Shown here one piece after another: positions 24,469-39,974 of a DNA stretch of 64,000 nucleotides. The stretch comes from Octopus sinensis (taxonomy: Eukaryota), in the NCBI RefSeq assembly GCF_006345805.1, contig NC_043014.1, forward strand, positions 44,268,001 to 44,332,000. Direction: 5' to 3'. The position numbers and the translations under genes are program-made. The notes below the pieces were generated by a model that was given only the letters and a program-made list of their open reading frames with translations, was not told where the DNA came from and did no database searches. Position 1 is the stretch's first letter. Each line of letters opens with the position of its first letter.

Positions 24469-24542
<74 letters not shown>

Positions 24543-25711
24543 CAACTTCAAACTTTCAGGAAATAAATATCAAATATTTCACAAACCGAAAATATTTCTT
24601 AGGACTTATTTAATAATAATTACAAACTATTCAGAATGTTTTAATTTTTTTTAGTTTGTTAAAATTTCTGTTACTGTATTTTTATTTCTAAATCTTGTTT
24701 TACTGTATCAAGTTACAGGAATTTACTTGCACTTATCTTAATAATTTATCAGAGCCAAAGTTTCTTAATTTAACGACTTTTCAGTTAGCTTTTAAATCAA
24801 GATAGAAACTGATAATTATCTATCATTTTCTCTATTCAAATTTGACGATCTAATCGTTAGTCATCCAAGGAAAGAGAATAGCTTCAAAATCTGTCGTCTG
24901 CTTCGTACAAATGCTTCATGTTTAAAGTTTTAATGTATTCGCTGTGAACACAGATATACTCTCATGTTTATGTTTATTATCTATGTCAAATCTGTTATTT
25001 ATTTGAAATTTTCTTTTACTTCGGCTCTCTAATACACGAATGAAGCGGGGAAGGAGAAAGAGGAAATGGCTGAAAATGTGTCGTCTGCTTTTAGAACTAA
25101 AGCCAGACGACAGCAGCGCTAAATCTTACATACTTGAGATTGTGTTTCGGAGATGAAATATAAAGCGACAGGAAGAGGAAATATATATAGTATTAGTCTC
25201 AGATATTTAAAGTAGTAGGAAAGGTAACATAGCAAGTTGTGCAATTCATGCTTTTCTTCAGAAAATTAGCGACATAAGTGAAAGTAATTTCAATTTGTAT
25301 TGGAAACCTGACGGGAATGGGGGAGAGGAACTGAGTCTGTAGAACTGCAGCGGCAATACTTCAAAGAAAGATAAGGACTACATAAGGGAATTTAAGATTA
25401 TTATTATTATTACTTACTATAATTATTATTTTTTTTTTTTGTGAATTTGGAAGAAGAAAACAGAAAAGAAAAACTTTTAAATTTGAGGAGAACGAGAATG
25501 AGAGATAAGATAGACAAACATAAAAAAAGTAATCTGAAAGGGAAGAGAAATAGAGACAGAGGAGATGACCTAAATGATGAACAATTAAAATGAGGAGGTA
25601 AGAAAACAAGATGATTGGTGGATCAGATAAGGATAAGGAAGCAGACATATAGTTACAGACAGACAGACAGACAGATAGATAGGTAGGTATGGAGGTAGGT
25701 AGGTAGGTAGG

Positions 25712-25808
<97 letters not shown>

Positions 25809-26252
25809 CTAAAAAAGTTTTAACGAAAAGAGATAGTTATTGCTATTTAACGCCAGGTCGGTCATTAATGAGCAGTACTATCATCAAATGTGTTCCAGCT
25901 GTGACACTCCAACCTCTTCAAAATTATTTTTCCAATTTGTCCTTTTTTTAAAGATATTTGGGAAATTTTACTGCTATTCGTAGCAGATCGGACGACTTTA
26001 TAAAGAGATTCCTTCGTTGACTCATGGAGAGACGGATGTGGAAAGGATAAGATGTAAGAATTTATTGAAAGTGAGAAAAAGCAGAAGTACTTGAAATGTG
26101 AGAGAGAAAATTGAAATAGTAAGTTTAAAGTGGGAAGAAGAAAGAGAGAAGTTGTGTTGGTAGAGGAAAAAGTGATAGATAGAGATAGAGAGATAGAGAG
26201 ATAGAGAGATAGAGAGAGAGACAGACACAGACAGACAGACAGACAGACAGAC

Positions 26253-26317
<65 letters not shown>

Positions 26318-27043
26318 GAATGGATAGTCACATAGATCAAAGACTGAATTTCGTCTTTTGGACATTTTGCAAAGGTACAGAGGCTGAACAATCATTTTCA
26401 ATTTTCATTTTCTTTCAATAAAGTCTATTTATTTCGACAGCAAAATTGCGACAATATAACAAGATAAAGCAATGAATAAAATCTTTATGGCCGAAACCCC
26501 ATGGCAAAGGTGAGAGAATACACACACACAACACACACACACACACACACACAACGGCTTGCCCAACAGAGCAACGCCATTTTGAATAAACTTCGCCGTT
26601 GCGATAAATTTATAAATTTATCGTAACGATCACACCGTCATATCAGAGTGTCAAAAAGCAATCGCTTTCAAATTGCGTCCAATATTGTCAAACCTTCGTT
26701 TCTGAAGACAAGCAGCTCTGCGTGTGAGTTGTCAAGCGGTAGGTTAAGTAGACAGCATTAACGATGTTAACAGCTTATACTTACATAGTTGACTGCTAAT
26801 AGGAGTCGTCTGCTTATTTCAATTATCAGCACGCGCAGTTGTTGGATCATTTTCTTTCTTTTTCCTGTCTATTAGCGTACAATTTTTCGTCCTTATACTT
26901 TGGGTATTATATATATATACACGTATATACGTATATACACACACATTTATTACATTACATTATACATACTTATATATGTATTTAGACAGATAGACAGACA
27001 GACAGACAAACAGACAGATAGATAGATTATATATATATATATA

Positions 27044-27087
<44 letters not shown>

Positions 27088-27245
27088 TATATATAGATAT
27101 ATATACATATGTATATGTATTTTTATATGTATGTATATATATATGTATGTGTATTTATATATGTATATATGCATGTGTATTTACATATGTATATATGTAT
27201 ATATGCATGTGTATTTATATATGTATGTTTGTATGTATATATATA

Positions 27246-27312
<67 letters not shown>

Positions 27313-28279
27313 ATATATATATATATGTGGATATATATGTATGTGCATTATATATATGTATATATACATGTGGTGTGTGTGTATAATTCTAATTTTATGC
27401 ATACATACGCATACATATTCTATCATTTACAAATATTCAAGGAGTATGTACGTTTTTTTTTATATATGAGTATATATAAAAAGAAGTGGAGAAAATAGCA
27501 GCCAATATGCCTATAAGAGGCCATTGTTTTATGATATCATAATGCACTTTAAAGGTACCAATATGGACAATAGTAATTGGGTGTAACGTAGGCGGAAAAA
27601 CGTAAGAACTTATTAATTGACTGCACTATGGTTAAAACATTATTATTCTACGTATATTTTCTGTTTTCTTATATATATATATATATATTATTATTATTAT
27701 TATTAATAGTTAGGGAATATAAAATTCCAAGCCAACAGGGAAAAATTCAATTTAGCAATACTAAATCAACATACACAATATATTATATATAGAGAATTTA
27801 GAGACAAAAGCCTCTGTTTAGCAATTCAGTCAATACTGAACGATATTATCTATACAAAACCATATAGAAAGTAGTTATTTATATATATATATACGTACAT
27901 ACATATGAACACGTATACTCATATATGTATACATGCACATGCACACACTCGCACAAATCTAGTTGGGGAGGAACAATGTATAAATGGTTGCATTAAAGAC
28001 TAGAGGCCCATTAAGATCTAAGATTCACGTTCGAATTTCGGCACATTTTTGCGCAGTTAGAGAGAGAGCGGAGTTATAAATTTCAGCTTTTATTTTCTTT
28101 CACTTCATCCCTTTTATTTCGTTCAGAAAATGCAACCACAATAAACTGATAAAGCAAGGGATAAAACATGAGGGCCCATGGCGAAAAGAAGGTCAAAATT
28201 GGCAACTGGACATTGAAGATGCGTAATCGCTCTTATTACTTTAATCAACAACAGCTGCATAATAATAATAATAATTTCA

Positions 28280-28489
28280 AATTTTGGCACAACGCCAGCA
28301 ATTTCGGAGGTAGGATTACATCGACCCTAGTGCAAAACTGATATTTATTTTACCGATTCCGAAAGGATGAAAAGCAAATTCCAACCTCGGTGGAGTTCGA
28401 ACTCAGAACTCAGAAGCCGGAAGAAATATAGCTAAGCATTCTGCCCGGTGTGCTAATAATTCTGCCAGCTCACAGCCTTCCAGAATAAA

Positions 28490-28568
<79 letters not shown>

Positions 28569-28935
28569 TTTGCCACAGGGGCAGCAATTTTGAGGGAGGG
28601 GATGAATCGATTACATCGACCCCAGTGTTAAATTGGTACTCTAATTTATCGATCCCGGACGGATGAAAGGCAAAGTCGACCTTTGCGGAATTTGAACTCG
28701 CCGTCTTAATAATAATAATAATGGCTTCAAATTTTACCACAAGAGCAGCCATCTTTTGGGGAGGGAATGAGTTGATTACATCGACCCCAGTGCGTAACTG
28801 GTACTTAATTTATCGATCTCGAAAGGATGAAAGGCAAAGTCGACCTCGGTGGAATTTGAACTAAGAACGTAGCGACGGGCGCAATACCGCTAAGCATTTC
28901 ATCCAGCGCGCTAACGATTCTGCCAGCTCACTGCG
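28280..28935 (-). mobile_element. Three SINE family B copies separated by (AAT)/(AGT) repeats
   Basis: Bodies at ~28280-28480, 28565-28700 and 28725-28935. Confidence 0.85.
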
Positions 28936-29414
28936 TTAATAATAAGTAATAGATAGAAAGAAATAAAAAACATTTCCACGAGGAAGGAGCCAAATAATCT
29001 ATTTGCGAATGCCATAGAAATGATAAACACGTACAAAATGATAACAGGTATTACATAATCTTCAAGAGGAGTCGGAATTAATAGTTTATTCGTTGTGCTA
29101 TCTTGATGGTTTTTAGCTTTCATATACAAAAAGAAAGCATGATTGCAAACGTATGTGAGTCTTTTAAATATCATACAATCATACACTTAACAAGTATATG
29201 GATACTTTATCACTATTAAACTTGTTTGACTGCCCTAGAGCTTAACAGTACCTATTCTTTGTAGTTCAAACGCGCGCACACACAGACTGCAGATAAAGTT
29301 GGTAATTCAACACCTCATCGCTCGATCATTTGCCTTCGGCGTATTCCTTAGAATATGATGAGCTATAAGAATAATATTAAAACAATTTTTTTATGCATCA
29401 CTGCATTCTTTCGT

Positions 29415-29690
<276 letters not shown>

Positions 29691-29727
29691 CGGCGTATGG
29701 ATTTTCTTTAATTACTGTAATTTTACG

Positions 29728-30162
29728 TGGAGGCGAAATGGCCCAGTGGTTAGGGAAGCGGACTCGCGGTCGGAGGATCGCGGTTTCGATTTTCAGACCG
29801 CGCTTTGTGTGTGTGAGTGTGTGTTTATTGAGCGAATACACACCTAAAGTTCCACGAGGCTCCGGCAGGGGCGGACTCGCGGTCGGAGGATCGCGGTTTC
29901 GATTCTCAGACCGCGCCTTGTGTGTGCGTATGTTTATTGAGCGAAAACACCTAAAAGCTCCACGAGGCTCCGGCAGGGGGTGGTGGCGAACCCCTGTTGT
30001 ACTCTTTCGCCCCAACTTTCTCTCACTCACTCTCTTCCTGTTTCTTGAGTAACGCTGCGATGGACTGGTGTCCCGTCCAGCTGGGAGGTGAGGGGCACAT
30101 ACGCCACAGAAACCGGGAAACCGGACCCATAAGCCTGGCTAGACTTGAAAAGGGCGAGAGAG
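29728..30162 (+). mobile_element. SINE: family C head (internally duplicated) with family D-type 3' body and a 14-bp TSD
   Basis: TSD ACTGTAATTTTACG at 29714-29727 and 30163-30176; 3' part GCTGCGATGGACTGG.GTCCCGTCCAG..GAAAAGGGCG. Confidence 0.9.
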
Positions 30163-30732
30163 ACTGTAATTTTACGAACCATCTCTCGACGGGTCAGCGA
30201 TCTTCTTAAGACCATAAAGGTAAATTAGTTTCCCGATAAGTCGAGACCGCCACCAATCCCTTTCACTTCTATTCACTTCTATTCACTTCAATATCATTAG
30301 AAACGGCCTTTAAATACGGGGACTTCGAGGGGTTTAAACATTTTTTTTTTTTATCAAGATGGAGAAAGAAAGTAATTGTTAGGTATGAACGACACAGTAG
30401 AGTGCCGAACAAATTGGCTTGCGGTAATTAACTGTTGCTCTTTACGTCTCTGAATTCGAATCCTTCCAGAGTTGACTTTCATATCAACCGTAAGCGATAA
30501 AACAATTTTTTTTTTTCAGTTTATCGAACTTCGATACGGGAAAAATTTACAGCCTTCTACGTCAATAAACCATTATTGTTCCTGAAAGTTTTTTTTTTAT
30601 ATATATATACTTTCTACGGACTGCTTGAAGCTTACTGTCTTCCTACACTTTGATCCTTGGACCTTACCTTTACAGGCACACGCACACACACACACATACA
30701 CACAAACACATACACTCACACGTATACTGTTA

Positions 30733-30767
<35 letters not shown>

Positions 30768-30930
30768 TAAGTAAGGGCTAAAGAGAATTATTTCAATGCC
30801 AATAATTTTCTTTAGCCCTTACTTATAAGGTGTTTATAATTTTAACCGTAAAGGTATTTTAATATGCTGCCACATTTCTTGATGGAATTTTTTTTTTCTG
30901 TAGAAAAAAAAAAACTTCATCCTATATTAG

Positions 30931-30970
<40 letters not shown>

Positions 30971-30974
30971 TATA

Positions 30975-31007
<33 letters not shown>

Positions 31008-31617
31008 CATACATACATACATACATACATACATACATACATACATACATACATACATACATACATACATACATACATAAATGTTTGCTTGCATGTGTGT
31101 GTTGAAATTTCACCATATTCTGTTAGCAATAGAGAACAACATGACACATGCATAAGCAGAGGGTCTAACTTGTAACTTTTATATTATAACTTATATATCT
31201 TTATTAGTTTAATGGATCGCCGTCGTCTTCGACGGTGACTCTTACGAAGGCTGGACCAACGAAATAACTTACCCATTGGACTGGAATGTATGTGGCTGAG
31301 TATTCCACAGACACCGGTATCCTTAATACCTCAGCACTCAAGAAACGGTGCGACAGGGTGCAACAAGCTCAGACCTTTGACTAACTGGCTCGAACCAGCC
31401 AGCGGGCTTCTTCACAGTTTCCGTCCATCCTAGTTTACTTACAAAGCGTGGGGTGACCAGGGGGGTGGGGCAGGGTAAAAGATATTTACCTGGGATGTCG
31501 TGCAATGGGATCGAACGCGGTACCACATGACTGGGAACTGGACTTCGTAACCGTTCCACCATACCTGCATCCGCATATTAAACATTAAACAAGCGCGCGC
31601 ACACACACATTCACACA

Positions 31618-31648
<31 letters not shown>

Positions 31649-31712
31649 CATACATTCCTTCATGTTGCTTTCACGCGCTTGCCTTTCCAGTCTCACATCC
31701 CCCCTTCCTCAT

Positions 31713-31793
<81 letters not shown>

Positions 31794-31824
31794 TAGATAG
31801 ATAGACAGATAGATAGATAGATAG

Positions 31825-31888
<64 letters not shown>

Positions 31889-31889
31889 T

Positions 31890-32040
31890 TCTTTATTGGC
31901 CACGAAGAGCTGAACACAGAAGGGACAAAATACAAAGTAGAGCTTTTCTTTTTGGGAAGAAGAGAAGGGGAAAAAAAGGGTCGAATCCCGATCAAAAGGG
32001 ATCGTGAAAAGAATAAAAAATTGGGGCCGATCAATAACGA
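31890..32040 (-). mobile_element. Short retroposon 3' fragment ending in (CTAT)n (related copy ~36335-36430)
   Basis: Shared TTTATT..CAC..AG.GCT..ACACAGA.GGGACAAA.TACAA.GTAGAGCTTTTCTTTTTGG. Confidence 0.55.
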
Positions 32041-32042
32041 TC

Positions 32043-32082
<40 letters not shown>

Positions 32083-32954
32083 CGTTACTTGATTTTTGTT
32101 ATATATGCAAGAAGCTTTAAAACTGTCGAGATATGGGAACCACCAAGTTTGATATTTATGTCTCATCAGTACCTTTATTCGTGTAAATATTCGCGTAGAT
32201 TCAAAGAGATTCACCCAGGTATCGAAACCGGATCGCGAAATAGCTTTCTGCAAGCTAATCTCTCATGACAGTTTCGTCTGTTACTTAATTTCAGGCATTT
32301 CTCTCGAAATCTTCAACTTATATAGGTGTTCAGTGGTGGAGAGTGGGGAGAATAATGACATTGTGCGAGATTGGAGTCTTTCTCAAGGGCATTAACTCTA
32401 TACGTAAAGCAAAGAAAGTGGAGAAACAAAACTGGGTCGAAATAGGAAGGCTTTCGTGTACCTGTATACATACATATAGATATATACATACATGTGTGTG
32501 TGTGTATGCGCATGTGTGTATAGATATGGGTTATACATATCATACACGCAACAAACAATCTTTGGTACCTTGTATGCATATTGCTGATTTTACATTGGCA
32601 TCAGGCCATACTTTTGTAGAGCAGGATGGAACATAAGGCCTAGAGTCGACATGATCGTTATTTTATTAACCTCGGAAGCATGATACTTAAAGGTAACTCC
32701 CGTGGGATTTGAACGCACAATGAACAACTAAATAAAACAGAACATTTAATTCCCATATTCCGCTATTCTGCTGCTATTTAGGTTTTAGAGAAATATTTGT
32801 TTCATAAGTTTTTGAATTTATAAAAAGACACAAAGACGAAATAGCGACTCTCATGCTGTTTTCTAGGAGTATTAGCAGCGCGAGGAAGAGAGAAGCTTCG
32901 ATTGAGGATCGAACGCGTAACTCCAGCCTCAGCCTACATAGATATTATTCGTTT

Positions 32955-33163
32955 CTGCTTTAGGCACAAGACCCGAAATTTTGGGAGAGGGGGCCAGTTG
33001 GTTAGATCAATCCCAGTACGTAACTGGTACTTAATTTATCGACTCCAAAAAGATGAAAGGTAAAGTCGACCTCGGCGGAATTTGAACTCAGAACGTAGCG
33101 ACGGACGAAATACAGCTAAGCATTCCGGCCGGCGTGCTAACGATTCTGCCAGCTCGCCGCCTT
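32955..33163 (-). mobile_element. SINE family B
   Basis: Full head (GCCAGCTCGCCGCC) and body. Confidence 0.9.
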
Positions 33164-33591
33164 CTACCTAGATATTATTTCTTGTTCTACAACGGCCTAG
33201 CAAACGCTTTGGCCAGTATTATTTTACGAATTTTATGTCGAAAACAAACATTAGTATTTTGATAAAATATTAGATAGAACACAATAAGTCCTCTGTTAAT
33301 GCTACTTTCAGTAATTTTTGTACTAGGTCATATATAAATTACATGGCTAAAATGAAACTGTGCACTCTAAATGAACTAAACTAGTTTGTGTTTGAAGCCT
33401 TACTTAATAGAATGTTGTTACAGTTGTAATTGGATTATTATCAGTTATTATGACTAACTTCAAACATTATATATACACCATAACGCTAAACCCTTTCTGA
33501 ACGATTGGCCATACTTTTGTAGAGCCTTCCCCATTTTTATGATTGATAGATAGACAGACAGATAGATAGATAGATAGATAGATAGACAGAC

Positions 33592-33683
<92 letters not shown>

Positions 33684-34096
33684 GTCTTTATTGGGTTTGT
33701 ATATTTAGCAATCTTTGCTAAGTTGTTCCAAAACCTTATCAAATAATATTTGGACGAATCTCTAGATGCTTATCGATCTACAGAAATTAGCAGCCTAATC
33801 CCCTTCCAAATCCCAAACAAAATGATGAGTACATTAGATAATGTAATCCTAGATAACCATGCCTGAAACACCGTCAGTCATAGGTCTGCTTGATCATGGC
33901 GGATTGTATGCAGCTAAAACACCAACGTATCTGTCTGCATGTTGAATTCGCTGGTGAGAATTCCTAATTTTCCAGGTGTATAGAAATTTCAGTACTTCCA
34001 ATCGTCCAGTGACACAAATGATTAAATTTTTTACTTTAAAATGAATTTTATTTTTAAGAAAAGTGAAGGGGATTATCATCATCCTCATCATCATCA

Positions 34097-34145
<49 letters not shown>

Positions 34146-34694
34146 GCTTTTTCCTTCTTTCTTCAAATTTTCTTCCGTTTCTCGCCGAGTTTTTTTCCAT
34201 ACGCCTAGGGCAGAAAAGCTCATTGTATGCATTCCCAGATTACACACGCAGATTCACAGATAAAATATGTAATTAAAAATTAATAAATAAATTAATTCAT
34301 ATTATTATTATTATTAAATAGATATATGTTCCTATGTTTCATACGTAAAAACTTCCGTACGTTTCTTATACGTAAAGAAGAAGCCAAAAATAAAAAAAGA
34401 ACAAACAAACAAACAAAAAGAAAAAAACAGTATTTGTGTTGCTGCTGAACTGGCGGCGGTGCGGAAATATTTTGGTGAGGAGGAAGAACTGCTCAGATAT
34501 GATGATGGCACACAGCATCTAGGATGGAATCTCTACCGTCTGTACATATTTGGAGACGACTTCCTGCTCTCGAGAAATGTCTATAAATAGATAAAGATAG
34601 CAGCTTGCTGGCTCAACAGTATATTTCTCATTTACTCCCTCTCTTTCTCTCTCCCTTTCTTTCTCACTCTCTCTCTCTTTTTTCTTCTCCCTCG

Positions 34695-34733
<39 letters not shown>

Positions 34734-34910
34734 ACTCACTCATCTCTCTTCTCTTTTTAAGTGTTACCTCTTTCTATCTCGCTCCCTTTTTCTCTCGTTC
34801 TATATACAGTATCTTTTACGCCCTTCTCTATCTCTTTCCCTATAACTATCACTCTCTCTCTCCTCTTTTTTCTTTCTTTCTTTCTCACTCTCCCCAATCG
34901 TCCTCTTTCT

Positions 34911-34954
<44 letters not shown>

Positions 34955-35855
34955 ATATATATATATATTATATATATATTATATATATTATATATACATA
35001 TATATATATATGATATATATATATATATATAATATGATATATATATATTATATATGATATATATATATATAATATATATATATTGATAATAATATATATA
35101 TATATATAATATATATATACATACATATATATGTATATGTATGTTTATATATATATATATAATATATATATACATACATATATATGTATATGTATATGTT
35201 TATATATATATATATACATATATATGTTTGTATATGTTTATATATATACACATATATATACATACACGTGCACACACAAATACACATACAAACTCACACA
35301 CACACAGGGACCTCCCTATCTAATCAGCTCCCTGAGTGTATCCCCCCACCCCAACCTCCCCTCCATTTTCTCTCCTCCTTCCTTCTTTCCTTCCTTCCTG
35401 ATATCCTTCTTAATTTTCATCTTCAGTCATTTCATTATTTCGTTCTCTCTCTTTTTTTTGGTGGGGGGGGGGTCACTTTTCTTTTTTAGCAGAGAAAAGA
35501 TTCTCACCTATCCCCTTGACCACAACCCCAGCACCACAACCAAAACCACCACCACCACCACCACCACCACCACCACCGCCACTACATGCACTCACATACC
35601 TTTTCCAATGCATCAGATTTTTTTTTTTCAATTTCTTAGATAAGAACCGCACTAAAGAATGTTCTTCGAATCTCTTTCGCTTACTTGTATCTGTTAAAAT
35701 GAGCTGGGGGTATGTAGAATTAAGTGTCCTGCCTGAACTCCAGAATTGAACACCTGTAGCAGACAGACATGACCTTCAGCCTGAATAATTGAATATCGGC
35801 TAATATATCAATGCCGTATCTACAGATAGCACACACATACACCAACACACACACA

Positions 35856-35895
<40 letters not shown>

Positions 35896-36112
35896 GCATG
35901 CATATGGAAGTACAGGTACATATGTGTGTACACGTATGGACAGGTATCTAAATGTATAACTATGCGTGCAAGTAAGACACACATGTATATGTATATTAGC
36001 GTTTGTTTTTATATCTAGGCTTAAATAAAATATCGTTGAACATTAGATTGAAGGATCATTCAATAATTCGAAGTCACTGTCAGCCTTGTCCTTGTGACAA
36101 TTGAGGTAGATG

Positions 36113-36171
<59 letters not shown>

Positions 36172-36240
36172 GGATGGATGGATGGATGGATGGATGGATG
36201 GATGGATGGATGGATGGATGGATGGATGGATGGATGGATG

Positions 36241-36307
<67 letters not shown>

Positions 36308-36476
36308 TGATAGATAGATAGACAGATAGATATGTTTCTTTATTATCCACACAGGGCTGCACACAGACGGGACAAATTACAAGGTAGAGCTTTTCTTTTT
36401 GGGGATAAAAAAGGGGGTTTGGTTTTCGATAGATAGATAACGATATGATATGGTATGGCTCATACATACATACATT

Positions 36477-36730
36477 ATAAATGCGCCCTTTTAAAGCCTA
36501 GCCAAGCTCATGGACCCGGTTTCCCGGTTTCAATGGCGTATGTGTTCCTCACCTGGACGGGGCGCCAGTCCATCGCAGCGTTACTCATTTTTGCCAGCTG
36601 AGTGGACTGGAGCAATGTGAAAATGAAGTGTTTTGCTCAAGAACACAACGCGTCGCCCGGTCCAGGACGCGAAACCACAATTTTACGATCATGATGCTGA
36701 CACCCTAACCACTAAGCCACGCGCCTCCAC
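36477..36730 (-). mobile_element. SINE family D
   Basis: Reverse of GTGGAGGCGCGTGGCTTAGTGGTTAGGG..CTTGAGCAA..GCTCCAGTCCACTCAGCTGGCAAAAATGAGTAAC.CTGCGATGGACTGGCG..AAAAGGGCG. Confidence 0.9.
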
Positions 36731-36921
36731 TACATACATACATACATACACACGTACGAACGTACATATATGTACGTATGTAAGTGATAATCTGGAATGG
36801 AATGGCAGTTGCTCATAGCTGATGTAACGGTGCGAGGGGGGGGCTCTGCAGGAATTTTCTTTGGCAGTGATGCTAATGAGACGATTATGTCTATGGCGCT
36901 GCTTATTGCAATGATGAGCTG

Positions 36922-36930
36922 GTAGATCGC

Positions 36931-36973
<43 letters not shown>

Positions 36974-37340
36974 ATGAAGATGGGGATGATGATGAAGATG
37001 GGGATGATGATGATGATGATGATGATGATGGTGATGATGGTGATGATGATGATGGGGATGGTGGTGGTGATGATGATGGGGATGATGGTGATGATGATGA
37101 TGGAGATGATGATGATGATGATGATGATGGGGATGATGATGATGATGATGGAGATGATGATGATGATGGTTGTGGTGGTGGTGGTGGTGATGGTGGTGGT
37201 GGTGCTGCTGCTGCTGCTGTTGCTACTGCTGCTGCTGGTTGTATTGGTATTGGTGGTGGTGGTGGTGGTTTTAATAATGATGTTGATGATGATGATGATG
37301 ACGGTGGTGGTGGTCGTCGTCGTCGTGATGGTCGTGGTCG
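36922..37340. repeat. (GAT/GGT/GCT)n mixed array
   Basis: Source of the poly-M/V/I/T ORFs. Confidence 0.95.
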
Positions 37341-38233
37341 GGGTGGTGTTACGTTTACAGTCAGTGGTAATTTGTATTGGCAGTGTTAGTTTTGTTTCTG
37401 GTGGTAGCAGGGCCGGTGTGGGGCGGGGGGGGCGGGGGGGGCGGAGGTGCAAATAGTAAAATAAAAATAAAAAAATAAAAATATATATATACATATATAT
37501 AATGATAGTGTTGTAGGGCGGGGATGCTTGTGTGCAAATTGGCAGAACAAGCAAAGACAACAGTAAAAGAACTTAGTGAGCAATTCGGGTTGACATACAC
37601 CATAACAGGTAGTGAAATTTGGTTGGTTACCAAAGTAGAAAAGTTCTTACTGTTGAGGAATTTGATACGCCCGCAACCTGTCGACACTGAAGCGTGGGGT
37701 GAGAGGATTAGGGTTAGGGTTATGGTATGTGTGAATGTGTGTGTATGCGAATATATATATATATATATATACAACACATGAAATATATATCTATATCTAT
37801 CTATATATATTTATATATATATGCATACATACACACACACACACTCACACAATCACACACACACACACACATATATATATACACACACACATATATCTAT
37901 ATGCATGTATATATAACTATATAAAAATGTAGGTATACATACATACATACATGCATACATACATACACACATATTGGGAGAGAGGATCTCGAAGCACACG
38001 GAGCTATAAATAATAGCATGGAATTATAGGATTGAAAAAACCTTCGCCTTTTCCAATCTAAAAAGGATTTTGAACGCCATATTTACACGTTATTATCTAT
38101 AATTTTAAGCACTTAAAAAGAAATTATTTCACGTTCTCTCGAAAGTTCATAAGATTCTTATGAGATGAACAATATAGATAGAGAGAGAGGAGGAGACAGA
38201 CAGACAGGCAAGCGGACTGACAGACAGACAGCC

Positions 38234-38269
<36 letters not shown>

Positions 38270-38542
38270 GGTGGAACTTTATACGTTTAGTAGAATAAAA
38301 TTTATTCATGATATTATTTGACTGGAACTTCGAGTTTCACCTTTAACGTTTTATTTAGTCGTGTGCGTCTGTATATGAGTGTCTGTATCCGTGTGTATAC
38401 CTGTATACATTTATAATTGTGCTCAAATTCGCATATGTATGTTGAAAATAAATAAATTCAGCCTCTCTATATATTCATTTAAGTGCGTGTTGATTTAATG
38501 TGTGTACATACACACATGCATATATATAAATATATATATATA

Positions 38543-38904
38543 TGGTTCCGGGTTCAGTACCACTGCGTGGCACCCTGGGCAAATGTCTTCTACTATAGCC
38601 TCAGGCTGACCAAAGCCTTGTGAGTGGATTTGGTAGACGGAAACTGAAAGAAGCCTGTCGTATATATGTATATATATATATATGCGTGTGTGTGTTTGTG
38701 TGTCTGTGTTTGTCCCCCTAGCATTGCTTGACAACCGATGCTGGTGTGTTTACATCCCCGTCACTTAGCGGTTCGGCAAAAGAGACCGATAGAATAAGTA
38801 CTGGGCTTACAAAGAATAAGTCCCGGGGTCGAGTTGCTCGACTAAAGGCGGTGCTCCAGCATGGCCGCAGTCAACTGACTGAAACAAGTAAAAGAGTAAA
38901 AGAG
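38543..38904 (+). mobile_element. SINE family A, 5'-truncated
   Basis: Begins at TGGTTCCGGGTTCAG. Confidence 0.9.
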
Positions 38905-38911
38905 TATATAT

Positions 38912-38961
<50 letters not shown>

Positions 38962-39974
38962 TATCTATACACACAACACATACTCACTCACTCACACACG
39001 CACACATGTGTATATGCATTTATATATATATATATATCTCATGTATATATATATATATATGATATGCTCATATACACTTTACAGATAAACGCACATAAGC
39101 TCACCTACACATAAACACACACACACACACCCACACACTTATACATGCATTCACACACATGCACGCACGCACATGCACGCAAGCGCACATACCTATATGT
39201 AATGATAAAACTTGAACATGGATATATGCTTAGGCAAACACTGATGAGTGTGCTCTTGCAACACGTTTGTAAGTAAGTGCTTGCTTGTATGCGTGCGAAA
39301 GGCATTTATCGTTTTACATGTAACTAAATATAATGCTGAAGCATGCCTGCCCGCTCCATATTGCGTAGCATGTTCTGTGGTGGCGCCATATCATGTAACA
39401 TCTCCTCTAAAGCCCATTACACACATGTAAAACACAGCATGAAGCAAACACCTGCTAGAAACAGAAACCAACTACCACACCACCATCTTAAATAAATAAA
39501 GAACAACACACTCTATGATACTTCTGAGTCAACCCCCATCCTCCATCCTCCATCCCCCATCCCCCATCCTCCATCCCCCATCCTCCATCCTCCATCCTCC
39601 ACACACCGCCACCAATAGTTTCTATGCTTAATCGAATTTAAGTAATTAAAATTTGGTCATTATCTACCTCTTCCGTTTTCGATGAGGTCTAGTAATTTAG
39701 AAATCAGTTTTTTCTCATTATTAAAAGTTCGATTTTAATCGATTAAATTAATTATAATTTATTGCCTTATTACATCAAATATTCCACCACCACCCCTTCC
39801 ACCCCACCCCACACACACTTCACTATAAAGTTTTCATGCAGCGGTCGTCCCTGCGTATTTTTCACCGGGGATTCTTTTAGCTATCATAACACTCTATGTA
39901 CTCAATGCTTATTTCCTAAAATCCTACATATTTCTCTAATCATCTAAGATCTTGTAGTACACAATTTAATCATG

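Noticed and set aside
25865-26100. Possible exon or ORF tail (minus frame TKESLYKVVRSATN..)
   Set aside because: Plus-strand frames after the candidate acceptor hit stops, and there is no similarity to a calponin CH domain.
26700-26740. CTGAAGA followed by a hairpin
   Set aside because: No GAAA or cleavage site downstream.
37706-37722. (TTAGGG)2 as a telomere or telomere-fusion site
   Set aside because: Only two units in low-complexity sequence.
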